Shown piece by piece: positions 37,401 to 46,329 of a stretch of 46,329 bases of DNA. Location: positions 1 to 46,329 of the forward strand of contig JAUCBJ010006273.1 in assembly GCA_032718475.1 (NCBI GenBank), read 5' to 3'. The stretch's first letter is position 1. Each line of letters begins with the position of its first letter. The translations under genes were made by a program, and so were the position numbers. The notes below the pieces were generated by a model. The model did not search any database and had not been told where the DNA came from. It saw only the letters and a program-made list of their open reading frames with translations. This DNA is from Nemertoderma westbladi. Lineage: Eukaryota; Animalia; Xenacoelomorpha.

Positions 37401-37936
37401 AGGTCATACCAGATCTATTTCTCTGGCAACCAACTCATGGAAAGCGTAGTCGTGGACGACCGGCCATAACATATATAGATCAAATTGAAAGGGATACTAA
37501 ACTTGGGAGAAACGAAATATGCGTTCGCACCTTTTAGATGGCTTTGTAACCATGCCATACCATCACTCACGCTATCTCCAATAAGTCATCTCCGGTTGTT
37601 ACTTATATGTCACTTATTGCATCACATATTCTCGGTTATTCTCGTATATTGGTTTTGGATTACTTCACTAACAATATTGACCTACCCGTCCACATAAGCT
37701 TGACTCCATTTCTCCATATCGTCATCCCATTCGATCTCCATCATATTGGAAGCCTTCTGCAACTCATTACCTTCCTGGTCAAGGCCTGGTAGTTGGCGGC
37801 GTCTCAGATTGTGTTGCTCGAGCAAATACTGCTTCTCAGCTCCGGTTAACTTGACAATATTGACCAAATTGTCCAGACTACTAAGCACCAAAATAACGCT
37901 AAAACATGAGCAACTCACAGCTTTAATCGAAAACAT
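13204..37936 (-). CDS. Six-exon gene: signal peptide + CAP/SCP domain + three ShKT domains + GPI-like tail, 389 aa. Exons 37936-37686, 31995-31840, 31208-31037, 14964-14742, 14582-14469, 13457-13204
   Basis: All five introns are GT-AG with consistent phases (2,2,0,1,1). Exons sum to 1170 nt (389 aa + stop). CAP motifs: HNLRR, ASNMMEIEWD, GQNMY, WYTAE, CGHFIQMVWAET, LICNFY, PYRVGEPCTWCP. Three six-Cys ShKT units. C-terminus LAFIILLLY. Confidence 0.9.
13563..13611. repeat. 19-bp tandem repeat TGTAGGCCTACATTACAGT, about 2.5 copies
   Basis: Directly visible. Confidence 0.8.
14198..14387 (+). mobile_element. Partial copy of the 11385-11730 MITE family with an expanded 17-bp internal tandem (TTGGGACCTAACGCTCT)
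   Basis: CTTTCGTTTATT...CCAACACGCCTCTGTAACCTGCTCCTTTACTAACCTGCTC matches the left arm at ~11452-11520. A more decayed opposite arm lies at ~13845-13910. Confidence 0.65.
14469..14582 (-). CDS. CAP-ShKT gene exon 5 (ShKT 2)
   Basis: Acceptor ttgtag|; ICDPNCVNKNSNCRDWWHADQCEKNKEYMDLNCNRVC; donor G|GTAGGT. Confidence 0.88.
14742..14964 (-). CDS. CAP-ShKT gene exon 4 (hinge and ShKT 1)
   Basis: Acceptor ttgcag|; PIQPYRVGEPCTWCP...CVDTESACGYWKQTGDCENNPLYMATVCNVTC; donor G|GTGAGT. Confidence 0.88.
15391..30723. repeat. ~15.3-kb satellite array of two related monomers, A (73 bp) and B (74-78 bp), inside intron 3 of the CAP-ShKT gene
   Basis: A = TTTCTGTTGTCGGTTTAACTTTCATCTAATGTAAACTAACTCGGGTGGGGTTATTGTTTCATTGTTGGTCAAC. 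B = TTTCTGTTGTCGGTTTAACTTTC(TTTC)ATCTAATATAGTCTAGACTTGGGTAGTTGGGTTGTTTAATTATTGCTGACC. Roughly 200 monomers, estimated from length divided by unit size. Confidence 0.98.
31037..31208 (-). CDS. CAP-ShKT gene exon 3
   Basis: Acceptor ttgacag|; NYKGKENECVGECGHFIQMVWAETYLMACARSDSSTCHILICNFYTGLAVQLDNPDQ; donor CAG|GTTGGG (weaker consensus, but phase matches the next exon). Confidence 0.85.
31840..31995 (-). CDS. CAP-ShKT gene exon 2
   Basis: Acceptor ttcacag|; SVDCVHHHGMPNSNAIYRSWIELHPEYIGQNMYSRATDLDVALQGWYTAEL; donor GG|GTAAGT. This frame is not in the ORF track. Confidence 0.88.
32770..32872 (-). promoter_or_regulatory. tRNA-like type 2 Pol III promoter (A box, B box) and T6 terminator bracketing the hammerhead
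   Basis: A box TGGCTGAGCTGG (32864-32853), B box GGTTCAACCCC (32804-32794), TTTTTT (32775-32770). Confidence 0.7.
32805..32850 (-). ncRNA. Minimal type I hammerhead ribozyme; predicted cleavage after GUA, between 32812 and 32811
   Basis: Minus strand: AGCGCTA-CTGATGA-GGCCT GTT AGGCC-GAAAC-GTGC-GTA-TAGCGCT. Stem I is 7 bp perfect, stem II 5 bp, stem III 2 bp with a GUGC loop. All core nucleotides are present. Confidence 0.88.
33735..37518 (+). mobile_element. Near full-length decayed RTE-clade LINE (APE endonuclease + RT), antisense within intron 1 of the CAP-ShKT gene
   Basis: APE motifs IATMNARTL, IDIICIQ, AGDLNAQIG, LDYIL, SDHRIV. RT motifs KASGLDEIPAE, NYRGICL, DFKKAFDSI, QGDTLAP. Multiple stops and frameshifts; 3' end missing; 5' boundary approximate. 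Confidence 0.92.
34147..34994. mobile_element. Non-autonomous piggyBac-type element (848 bp) nested in the RTE endonuclease region
   Basis: TTAA at 34143-34146 and 34995-34998. TIRs CCCTATTCCACCTGGG / CCCAGGTGGAATAGGG. Removal rejoins RTE coding sequence (ILLSPIALK|TLNNIESIN). Confidence 0.92.
37686..37936 (-). CDS. CAP-ShKT gene exon 1 (signal peptide, start of CAP domain)
   Basis: MFSIKAVSCSCFSVILVLSS...EQHNLRRRQL...KASNMMEIEWDDDMEKWSQAYVD; donor GG|GTAGGT. Confidence 0.88.
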
Positions 37937-39709
37937 TATTTACTCAATCATATTTAATATAAATAAAGGAATTAATTAGTTACAGTATCGTATGTAATGA
38001 GACGGTGTTAAATGCTAGACGACAGTCACACCAACAACCATTATTATATTATGAACAAAATGGAACTCTAATCTATGCTCTCCAAACTTGTTTCTTGTTT
38101 ATTGTTTTGGTTAGAATATCACAGGTTTTTTCTTATATAAAACAAATAATTGTGCACCTAAAAATAATCATGTGTGCATTTTCCAACAATAAATCCCTCT
38201 ATAGGCCTACTGTCAGTAGCTCAACTAAATCAACTTCGACTCCTTTAAAATGTACTTCACTACAAAAATCCAGATATTTATTCTTGACCTAATTATATTA
38301 ATGATTTATATTTACTTTATGCCTTGTTGTTGCATTGTACAGTATTATCATTAAGTACTGTATGTGCACTTATGTATATTATAACAATGGGCCACACAGG
38401 TCTTATGATTGTTTCTCTAGCTTTGTACTTTGCAAAATATATCAAAATGTTAAACATAACCTATTATATAGTTTATTATTGGCTAGTGAGATAATATGCA
38501 TTCTTTGTCTACTTAAATTAATTATGAATTTTGCGGATGAGCAGCTATTGTCTACTTCACAATCGAAAGCCCCTCTGATTAATGCACTTATAATTACCGT
38601 AAACAATTAACGTGGTGGCAGTTAACAAAGTTACGCTAATTATCTTACGGTCAAATTGTTAATCATTCCATTTAATCTATGTTAATATAATTGTGACTCT
38701 ATATTTCATATCTGTTTGTTGAATTTTGTTATAAACAACTGCAAGTCAATGGGTGCCAAATATTCTTTTAAAAGGAATATTGAAAGGAAACAAGCTATCC
38801 TCACCTCATACAAAGTCAAGTAGCTACACATCTAGTTCTGCAGGTGAAATGTTCAAGGGGGTGCCTATTCAAAATTACAAAGTCGTTATACGCTGACGTT
38901 GTCAGATATGTCATTGATACCCTGACACCCAGAACAATGCCATCATGTCATTCATTGTTATGCGAAATGTTGCCAACATTTTCGAAAATGAGATTTGATA
39001 TTCCGGTAAATACTGTAATAATGACCAACTGACTACACATTGCTGTGACCCAGGCGCGGATCCACAATAGGGGCGCGTGGCGCCACGCACCATAAATTTT
39101 TTGAGAAAGAAAATAATAAGAGTAAAATTTATAAAAAATTGTAAAAATTTTTTTTTTTTTAGATTTACTATTAATTGATAGTTACGATTAAAACCAACAA
39201 GGGCCGTCATCACTCGATAACCCCAAGGGGAATCCACATTCACAACTTCCATCTCCATACCATCATCCACAATATAAAATCGCTGTAAACCTTCCCAAGG
39301 GCGCGCTCCATGTAGGCGGGAGGGGCTAACAACCTATGTAATGGTAAAGCATGGGGCTATTTGTAAATTATATTGCTGTTGTATTTGGTGGGTCGGGTCT
39401 ATGCAAGCCAAACCAATTATCTTTGTGAACTACTAGTTATGTACTACTGGGTGGAAATTCTTTAAGGTTTACCCTGTCTTCAATGCCCAAACCTCAATAA
39501 TACAGCCAGGAGCGAATGAGGCTGCTACGGTTGCAAACCCTCCAGAGATTGGCTAAATGTGTGGTCATATATCTTATCCAAGGCGCTACACAGGTAGCAA
39601 GCACCTTGGCATTCATACACTATGTGTAGCAGCCAGTTGTCTCCTAACCTAAACACATCACAATAGCTCCAAGATGATTGGACAAGGGACTTTACACCAA
39701 ATGGTAATG

Positions 39710-41603
39710 AAAATCAACAGCTAATAAAGCAACAGGTTGATGCCATCAATGATGCTGACGACAGCAGGCAATCATCCCAGGCATGGAAATCGATCAACTT
39801 GCTTACTGGTTGGAAACGCCAACCAACCACCAAGGTTAAGGCTGAATCACCAGCCGATCGCCTCAATGGTTGGAAGGCCCACTTTGAAAAGCTCCTCAAT
39901 AATGACAGGGTATTGCCTGATAACTTTATAGAAGTAAAAGTGTCTGAGTCTGTACTCCCAGATATTCCCGTTGGTGATATCTCCTTTGCAGAAGTGAAGG
40001 CTGCTGCAAAGAGCAATAAGACCAATCGTGCCAGTGGAGTAGATGGTGTTCCCCCTGAGGTCTTTAAAATACCTGAGTGTTTAAAGCTCATCTACCCATC
40101 ATAGTAGACATGTACCGAACAACAAGAGTCCCACAAGAAATGAAAACAAAGAAGTTGGTGCCAGTTCCCAAGAAGGGCAACCTAACACTCTATGGTTCTT
40201 TTCGGGGAATCTCATTGATCTTGATTGCTGCAAAGCTATACAATAGAATTCTATTAAATCGCCTCAGGGATCCCATTGAGACACTGCTCCGTGGAAATCA
40301 GAATGGGTTCCGTAAAGGTCGTGGGACCATGAAACCCATTTTGGCACTTAGAAAGATAATTGAAGAGTTATCAAAAAAGAAAGACAGGCTTCTGGCTGTT
40401 ATCTTTGTTGACTTCTTCAAGGCCTTTGATTCAGTCTCTCGCTCACGTATGTTCAGCATACTTTCATTATATGGGCCCTTACTCGTCATTAATATTTATA
40501 ATTTCATTATATGGGATTCCTGATGAAATTATTGCAGCAATCAGATCAGTATACGATGGTTCGACAACATTTGTGTTTACTGTTGACGGTGACACAGAAC
40601 CATTTGAAGTGTTATGGGGCGTCCTCCAGGGAGACACACTTGCACCATTCTTGTTCATAATTGTTGTTGACTATGTTCTACGCATGTCCTTAGATCATCA
40701 TAATGATGATGGGGTGATGATTACTCCACCTACTGGCTCCAGAAGTCGAGGAAATCCTGCCAAGTACCTAACTGATTTAGACTTTGCTGTTGACTTAGGA
40801 GTACTCTCAGAATCACTTGAGGGAGCCCAACGGCTCCTCAGCTCATTAGACCATGCTGCTTCTAGTGTTGGTCTTTTTATTAACTCCAGAAAGACCAAAA
40901 TTTTGACAGTTAACTTTGAAAGTCCGCAGCAAGTCTCTGATCGGATGAGCATAAGCTCAAAAGATGGTATGCTTGAGCATGGTGATTACTTCTGTTATCT
41001 GGGATCATGGATCCGGAATTCAGGTGAGGACCTTCGAATACGTAAGGGAAAGGCATGGGCAGCCTTGAATAGGCATTTCAGGATTTGGAAGTCACCGAGA
41101 ATTAATCGGAAACTTAAGGTCCGATTATTTAGAGCAGCAGTAGTTCCAGTACTCCTGTATGGGAGTCAATGCTGGGCTCTAACTGCTGAGGACAACAAAT
41201 CTCTGGATGGCACATTCACAAGAATGCTACGCCGGGTTCATTGTGTCAAGTACAATGCACACATCTCCAACCAGACACTATATAACACTGGAGGTATCTC
41301 ATTGGTTCCCCCCAGCTTGACACTAGAACAAAATCGCCTCCGCTTTGCAGGACATTGCTTTCGCCGTAAGGACCAGCCAGTGCATAATCTTGTACTTTGG
41401 CAGACTCATGGAGTGAATAAGCATGGTGGACAGCCCATGACATTCTTGAGACGCATCTTAAAGGACACTGGCCTTGAAGATGCGGATGATCTAGCAAATC
41501 TCATGGGTCATCGGGAGTTGTGGCGGCGCAATTTTGTCGACAAGCCGGCACAGCATTCTTAAAAATGCAGCTGCAATGCAGCATGCCGATCCTAGTAGTA
41601 GTA
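39710..41603 (+). mobile_element. Second, distinct RTE-clade LINE family; 5'-truncated and frameshifted, with (TAG)n tail
   Basis: RASGVDGVPPE, FRGISL, QNGFRKGR, FVDFFKAFDSV, GVLQGDTLAP, YLGSW, LLYGSQCW, RLRFAGHCFR. TAGTAGTAGTAA at 41592-41603. Confidence 0.9.
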
Positions 41604-41885
41604 ATGAAAATCAGTTATTTCATATATTATGGAAGCGTGCTGCAGATACGATACTATAAAAGTTTAACACACAGCTGCAGTTTAAAACGTAAATCGATAC
41701 AGACCGCCCTAATCCAAATGTTTTATTCCAATATTCTAACATTTTAAGTTTATTACTTTAATTTTTCTATTCTTATAAAATAAAACGCGGCCACTCCCAA
41801 TCCAATCCTTTTAATTAGACTAGGTTAATTTACGGTTGTTGTTATCACAAATAGGCAATTATTAATAATTCTCGGAGATGAAAGT

Positions 41886-42551
41886 GTGATCTTCCACAGT
41901 AAACCCTTAAACCCTTCGACTCGGTTTCCTAAAGGAATGCCTGATCACCACCATGGGCGATCTTCCACATTAAACCATTACACTATGTTTCCTAAAGGAA
42001 TGTCTGTTCACCACCATGGGTGATCTTCTACAGTAAACACTTCCACTCTGTTTCCTAAATGAATGGTGGTTCACCGCCATGGGTGATCTTCCACATTAAA
42101 CCTTTCCACTCTGTTTTCTAAAGGAATACCTGTTCACCACCATGGGTGATCTTCCACAGTAAACCCTTCCACTCTGTTTCCTAAAGGAATGGTGGTTCAC
42201 CACCATGGGTGATCTTCCACATTAAACCATTCCACTCTGTTTTCTAAAGGAATACCTGTTCACCACCATGGCTGATCTTCCACAGTAAACCTTTCCACTC
42301 TGTTTCCAAAAGGAATGCCTGTTCACCACCATGGGTGATCTTCCACAGTAAACCCTTCCACTCTGTTTCCTAAAGAAATGCCTGTTCACCACCATGAGTG
42401 ATCTTCCACAGTAAACCCTTCCTCTTGGTTTCTTAAAGGAATGTCTGTTCACCACTATGGGTAATCTTCCACAGTAAACCCTTCCACTCTGGTTCCTATA
42501 TGAATGCCTGTTCACCACCATGGGTGATCTTTCACAGTAAACCCTTCCACT
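41886..42551. repeat. 63-bp minisatellite, about 10.5 copies
   Basis: Unit CTTCCACAGTAAACCCTTCCACTCTGTTTCCTAAAGGAATGCCTGTTCACCACCATGGGTGAT; consecutive units start at 42151 and 42214. Confidence 0.95.
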
Positions 42552-42554
42552 ATA

Positions 42555-42726
42555 TTTCCCAAGTTGCCTTGGTTCCCATTTACCGACCATCCAAGGATGA
42601 AAGCCCGGGTTGGGCTAGGCTGCAGCATTTAAAGCAGAGTGCCCAAATAGTGCTGCCCCCATCTAGGGATCGAACCAGGGCTTCCTGAATGGAAGCCCAG
42701 GAATGTAACCACTAGATCAAGCTGCT
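42555..42726 (-). mobile_element. tRNA-derived SINE (Glu/Gly-like head plus conserved central domain)
   Basis: Minus strand: A box TGATCTAGTGG, anticodon-like arm CCTGGG-CTTCCAT-TCAGG, B box GGTTCGATCCC. Acceptor stem not intact. Then CTTTCATCCTTGGATGGTCGGTAAATGGGAACC, which resembles 43211-43243. Confidence 0.75.
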
Positions 42727-43146
42727 TATTAGTTGTAGTAATTATTTACTAATTATTATTTAATATATATTTAATATATAGGCCCCTGACTTAATGAAAT
42801 TATTATTATTTCATCTCGTAGAATTAATAACTGCCAATCCTTTAAATGTTCAATGAGTAAAATAAATATTTTAAAATTATGAAAAAATATTTTCAGTTAT
42901 CGAAAATCATCATGTTTAGACAGGGCTGCAAATCTGATGACTAACGCTGGATAAATTGTATTTTTTTTATTGTGATTAAATCAAAAATATTGAAAAATAA
43001 GATAGGTTTAAAGAATTAGGCCTACATATAAAAATTGTATACTTTAGTATTGGATCTTAAATTTTTGCATGTAAGCTCAGAATTAAATTATCTTTCGAAT
43101 GGTGTATTACACTAAGGTGCATGTATGGCAGTTTTGGCTGGTCAGT

Positions 43147-43170
43147 GGGGGGGGGGGGGGGGGGGGGGGG
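43147..43170. repeat. Poly-G run (24 nt)
   Basis: Directly visible; length may be a sequencing artefact. Confidence 0.8.
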
Positions 43171-43210
43171 TTGGTAATCATTATGAAACACCGGGTACAT
43201 TCCGAAATGT

Positions 43211-43372
43211 CTTTCATCCACTGGGGTCGATAAAATGAGTACCAGTTAAATAGCTGGGAGCAAATCTTGGGATAGGAGTAGCGCCCACCCCTACCCTCGG
43301 GTAGCAGCTATCGAAAGAGGAGCCTTCGGGTCGCCTCCGGCTTCGGCCGACTCTTTGCTTTGTTTTTTTTGC
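43211..43372 (+). mobile_element. Headless SINE fragment: central domain plus a multi-hairpin 3' tail and T-rich end
   Basis: CTTTCATCCACTGGGGTCGATAAAATGAGTACCAG resembles conserved central domains of metazoan SINEs. Three tetraloop hairpins at 43291-43349. Confidence 0.65.
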
Positions 43373-43650
43373 TTTCGTTTGATAAGTTCATTTCAACAAA
43401 ACTGTAATATCTATAACAGCTATCACAGCATGAAAAAAAAACAAAATAATAATATAATATAATATAGCATTCTAGAAATGATGGTAGTATTGTACCTCGT
43501 AAATTATTATATTATGACAACAAAATATTTCACTACAAAACTTATAATTTTAATAAAAGTGCACAAAACTAGCATATTGAAATAGGTACATTGCGGTAAC
43601 TTTCAACTGTGTAATAATTACAAGACGATTTATAGACAAAGAAAATATTA

Positions 43651-45748
43651 TTAATAGGGTAAATAAAAAGTAATTAGGAGACAGGTGATAATAAGTTTAT
43701 AACATTGACTGCAATGGTGTCCATCTGTGTGACCCGTCTCGTTTTCCACGTAGCGATTCACTATACGGTTGTCATGGCGATAGTTTTTCAGTGTGTAAAC
43801 GGCGGAACCAACTCCGTAATAGTTTACAGCTCGACACGAATATTCGCCGTAATATTCTTCTGTGAGATTCGTCACATACAATTCGTAACCTGTCCGGAAA
43901 AATCATAATGCGATCGGTCACAGACAATTCGTCAACCATTCGAAAGTAATAATAGGATAAGATGAAAAAAATAAATGAATCTTTGAACAAAACTGCTGAA
44001 AAATAAGGCTTACATAATATAGAATCGAGATTAAAAAAAAAAGCTGACAACAACTAACAAAGACTTTTAAAGAATTATTCTCTAATACGAACTGCTGTAA
44101 TTAAATGTCGTATATAAAAATTTGTAGGTCAACATTTAGTGAATTAGTCTCTGTTTCTAAAAATATTCCCCCATAGATCGAAATTTTCAGATATTTCACA
44201 GAACGACGTACTTACAATTATCACAACGCTCCTAAAGTCTTAGTTAGTTATAATTCCTAACCTAATGCATTACAAAAGTTTAATGACACAGCTAAATGGT
44301 CTAGTCCAAATGTAGTATGACATTTTAATTTTTAGACATGTAGTCTATTAAACTGATGGTGTCTGAAAGTCTCTAAAACATAACAACTTTTGGTATTTAT
44401 TGATGCCTACAAATTTTCAACACGACATCTCTAAATAAAGTCATTAGCATGTATTCATGTGTATAATCGTAACGACAATGGCTATTTGCCAATCCATCCT
44501 CTTTACAGTTCCAGTTAGCACTATTGCCAACAAAATGTGTACCAAGTTTGGTTAGATTTCATCGGGGATTGATCGAGTTTACATAGTAAAGGCGTTAAAC
44601 AATCAACTACGTACATTATTCTAGATATCTCAAATTTCCAACCAAATCCACCTACCGTCTGGAGTCATCTTTAAGCGAGAAAATCGCTGCACTGTGTTAA
44701 AGTTGAGCCAATCCCGTGATGTTGGGACCTTCCACTCGATTTTAGTTGCATTAGGAAAACCCCCGATAACATTGCACTCTAGTCTGATAGTTTCCCCTGT
44801 CGTTGGCGTTAAAGTGTCTATTGAAACCTGAAAACAACATGATGTTCACATATCTTCATATTACAATACCGGTAAAGAAAATAAAGCTATAATATAATAT
44901 TGACCATTATGATTACTGTTTCTGAACAAATAATTAGTGATCTATTACATTCACTATATTTTATTACTACCACTTTATTTGATTACTATCACTTTATTTG
45001 ATTACTATCACTTTATTTGATTACTATCACTTTATTTGATTACTATCACCTTATTTCATTACTATCACTTTATTTGATTACTATCACTTTATTTGATTAC
45101 TATCACTTTATTTGATTACTATCACTTTATTTGATTACTATCACTTTATTTGATTACTATCACTTTATTTGATTACTATCACCTTATTTCACAACTATCA
45201 CTTTAGTTGATTACTATCATTTTATTTGACTTCTGTCACTTTATTTGAATAATTTTATTACTTTATTTGTCTACATTACCTTGACTTTATTTGCAGAAAC
45301 TTCGGATTTGCAAGGGAAATGCAACTCAGGGTTAGTTACTAGCCGAATCGTATGGCCCACTAAATGCCTTGGATTATTGCAGGTCATATTTATGATATCC
45401 CCATGGCAACCTGCCGCTTCCCCACATATTGAAGACGCTTTCCATCTAGAAATAAAATATAATAAAATATAATAAATATTGATATTGAAATATAATTTGA
45501 TTTTATAAAATTTCAATAACAATACGAAATGAAATAAAATCAATATTTTATGATATACCTCAATATCCAGTTATACAACGGAATGACGTCACAGTAGCAT
45601 TCGATTGGGTTTGCCGCGGATATTAAAATATGGTAAGCTGGGGAGGCATTTTCGTCCCAAATATGTTTAAACGGTATATAGGGGAGCTTGTTACCATGAA
45701 TATCGAGTACCTTAACTATGTTATTGACGGAATCCTGGAGAAGTTTGG
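43651..45748 (-). CDS. 3' four exons of an LRR-LRRCT-Ig (LIG-type) cell-surface protein with a GPI-like tail: 45748-45559, 45445-45280, 44827-44656, 43889-43651; 5' part outside the window
   Basis: GT-AG introns with consistent phases (2,0,1). LRR VKVLDIHGNKLPYIP; LRRCT NPIECYCDVIPLYNW...TCNNPRHLVGHTI...C; Ig domain GETIRLECNVIGGFP...IEW...LYVTNLTEEYYGEYSCRAVNYYG; C-terminus LIITCLLITFYLPY. Confidence 0.87.
44962..45248. repeat. Intronic 19-bp minisatellite TTGATTACTATCACTTTAT, about 15 copies
   Basis: Directly visible, between exons of the LRR-Ig gene. Confidence 0.95.
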
Positions 45749-45906
45749 CTAAAATAAAGAATGAATAAAAGTAACCTAAATGTACTTTATATCTAGTCTA
45801 AGAAACACAAACTAACGTGGCTAGCCCCGAAGTCGCTTTCATTATTAAACCAATCAAAATGAATTGTTTCACTATCATATGAATTTAATCACATAAAATA
45901 TACCGG

Positions 45907-46174
45907 TATTCATTGGATTAGCTAATATTCATTGGATTAGCTAATATTCATTGATTAGCTAATATTCATTGGATTAGCTAATATTCATTGGATTAGCTAA
46001 TATTCGTTGGATTAGCTAATATTCATTTGATTAGCTAATATTCATTGGATTAGCTAATATTCATTGGATTAGCTAATATTCATTGGATTAGCTAATATTC
46101 ATTGGATTAGCTAATATTCATTGGATTAGCTCATATTCATTGGATTAGCTAATATTCATTGGATTAGCTAATAT
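45907..46174. repeat. Intronic 19-bp minisatellite TTCATTGGATTAGCTAATA, about 14 copies
   Basis: Directly visible. Confidence 0.95.
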
Positions 46175-46329
46175 ACCAAATTATTTATATGGGAGTTTAC
46201 ATCATTATGAAGATATATAAAGGGGCACACCCTTATTGAAGGGGGACACGCCTGTAGTTGTTGGGGATGACTCGTTGATTAGCCTATCGACCGAATGATT
46301 CCCGAGGGGTAGCTACTTATGAGATGAAG

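Noticed and set aside
39050-39095. GC-rich CAGGCGCGGATCCA motif resembling a MITE terminus
   Set aside because: No matching opposite end found.
39280-39530. HDV-like ribozyme upstream of the second RTE (GGGGCTAACAACC, GCGAATGAGG motifs)
   Set aside because: I could not build P1/P2/P3 pairings; at most a decayed RTE 5' remnant.
42222-42590. 122-aa ORF with 21-aa repeats
   Set aside because: A consequence of the 63-bp unit being a multiple of three. Stops occur in other units, and the ORF starts within a SINE.
42650-42726. Functional tRNA-Gly(TCC) gene
   Set aside because: The acceptor stem does not pair, the T stem is mismatched, and it continues into a SINE body instead of a terminator.
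46200-46329. Further LRR-Ig exon or structured RNA at the right edge
   Set aside because: All three minus-strand frames have stops near the edge, no convincing splice donor or ribozyme fold was found, and the region is cut off by the window.

Overview
AT-rich animal (probably invertebrate) genomic DNA with spliceosomal introns and many transposons. There are three supported host genes. (1) An intronless erlin (9869-10867, +). (2) A six-exon minus-strand gene (13204-37936) encoding a 389-aa signal peptide-CAP/SCP-3xShKT protein with a GPI-like tail. Its 16-kb third intron is almost entirely a 73/78-bp satellite, and its first intron holds an RTE LINE interrupted by a non-autonomous piggyBac. 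(3) The last four exons of an LRR-LRRCT-Ig protein (43651-45748, -). At the left edge, a CCHC zinc-knuckle ORF is split by a 4.2-kb long-TIR DNA transposon with a 5-bp TSD; removing the element restores one continuous frame. Also present are a decayed CRE-like retrotransposon, a second RTE family, MITEs, SINE pieces and several minisatellites. The most notable signal is in intron 1 of the CAP gene: a complete minimal type I hammerhead ribozyme (32805-32850, -) lying between the A and B boxes of a tRNA-like Pol III promoter, within a 338-bp segment flanked by a 19-bp near-perfect direct repeat. It looks like a retroposed self-cleaving SINE/retrozyme. All calls were made by eye; no database searches were run.
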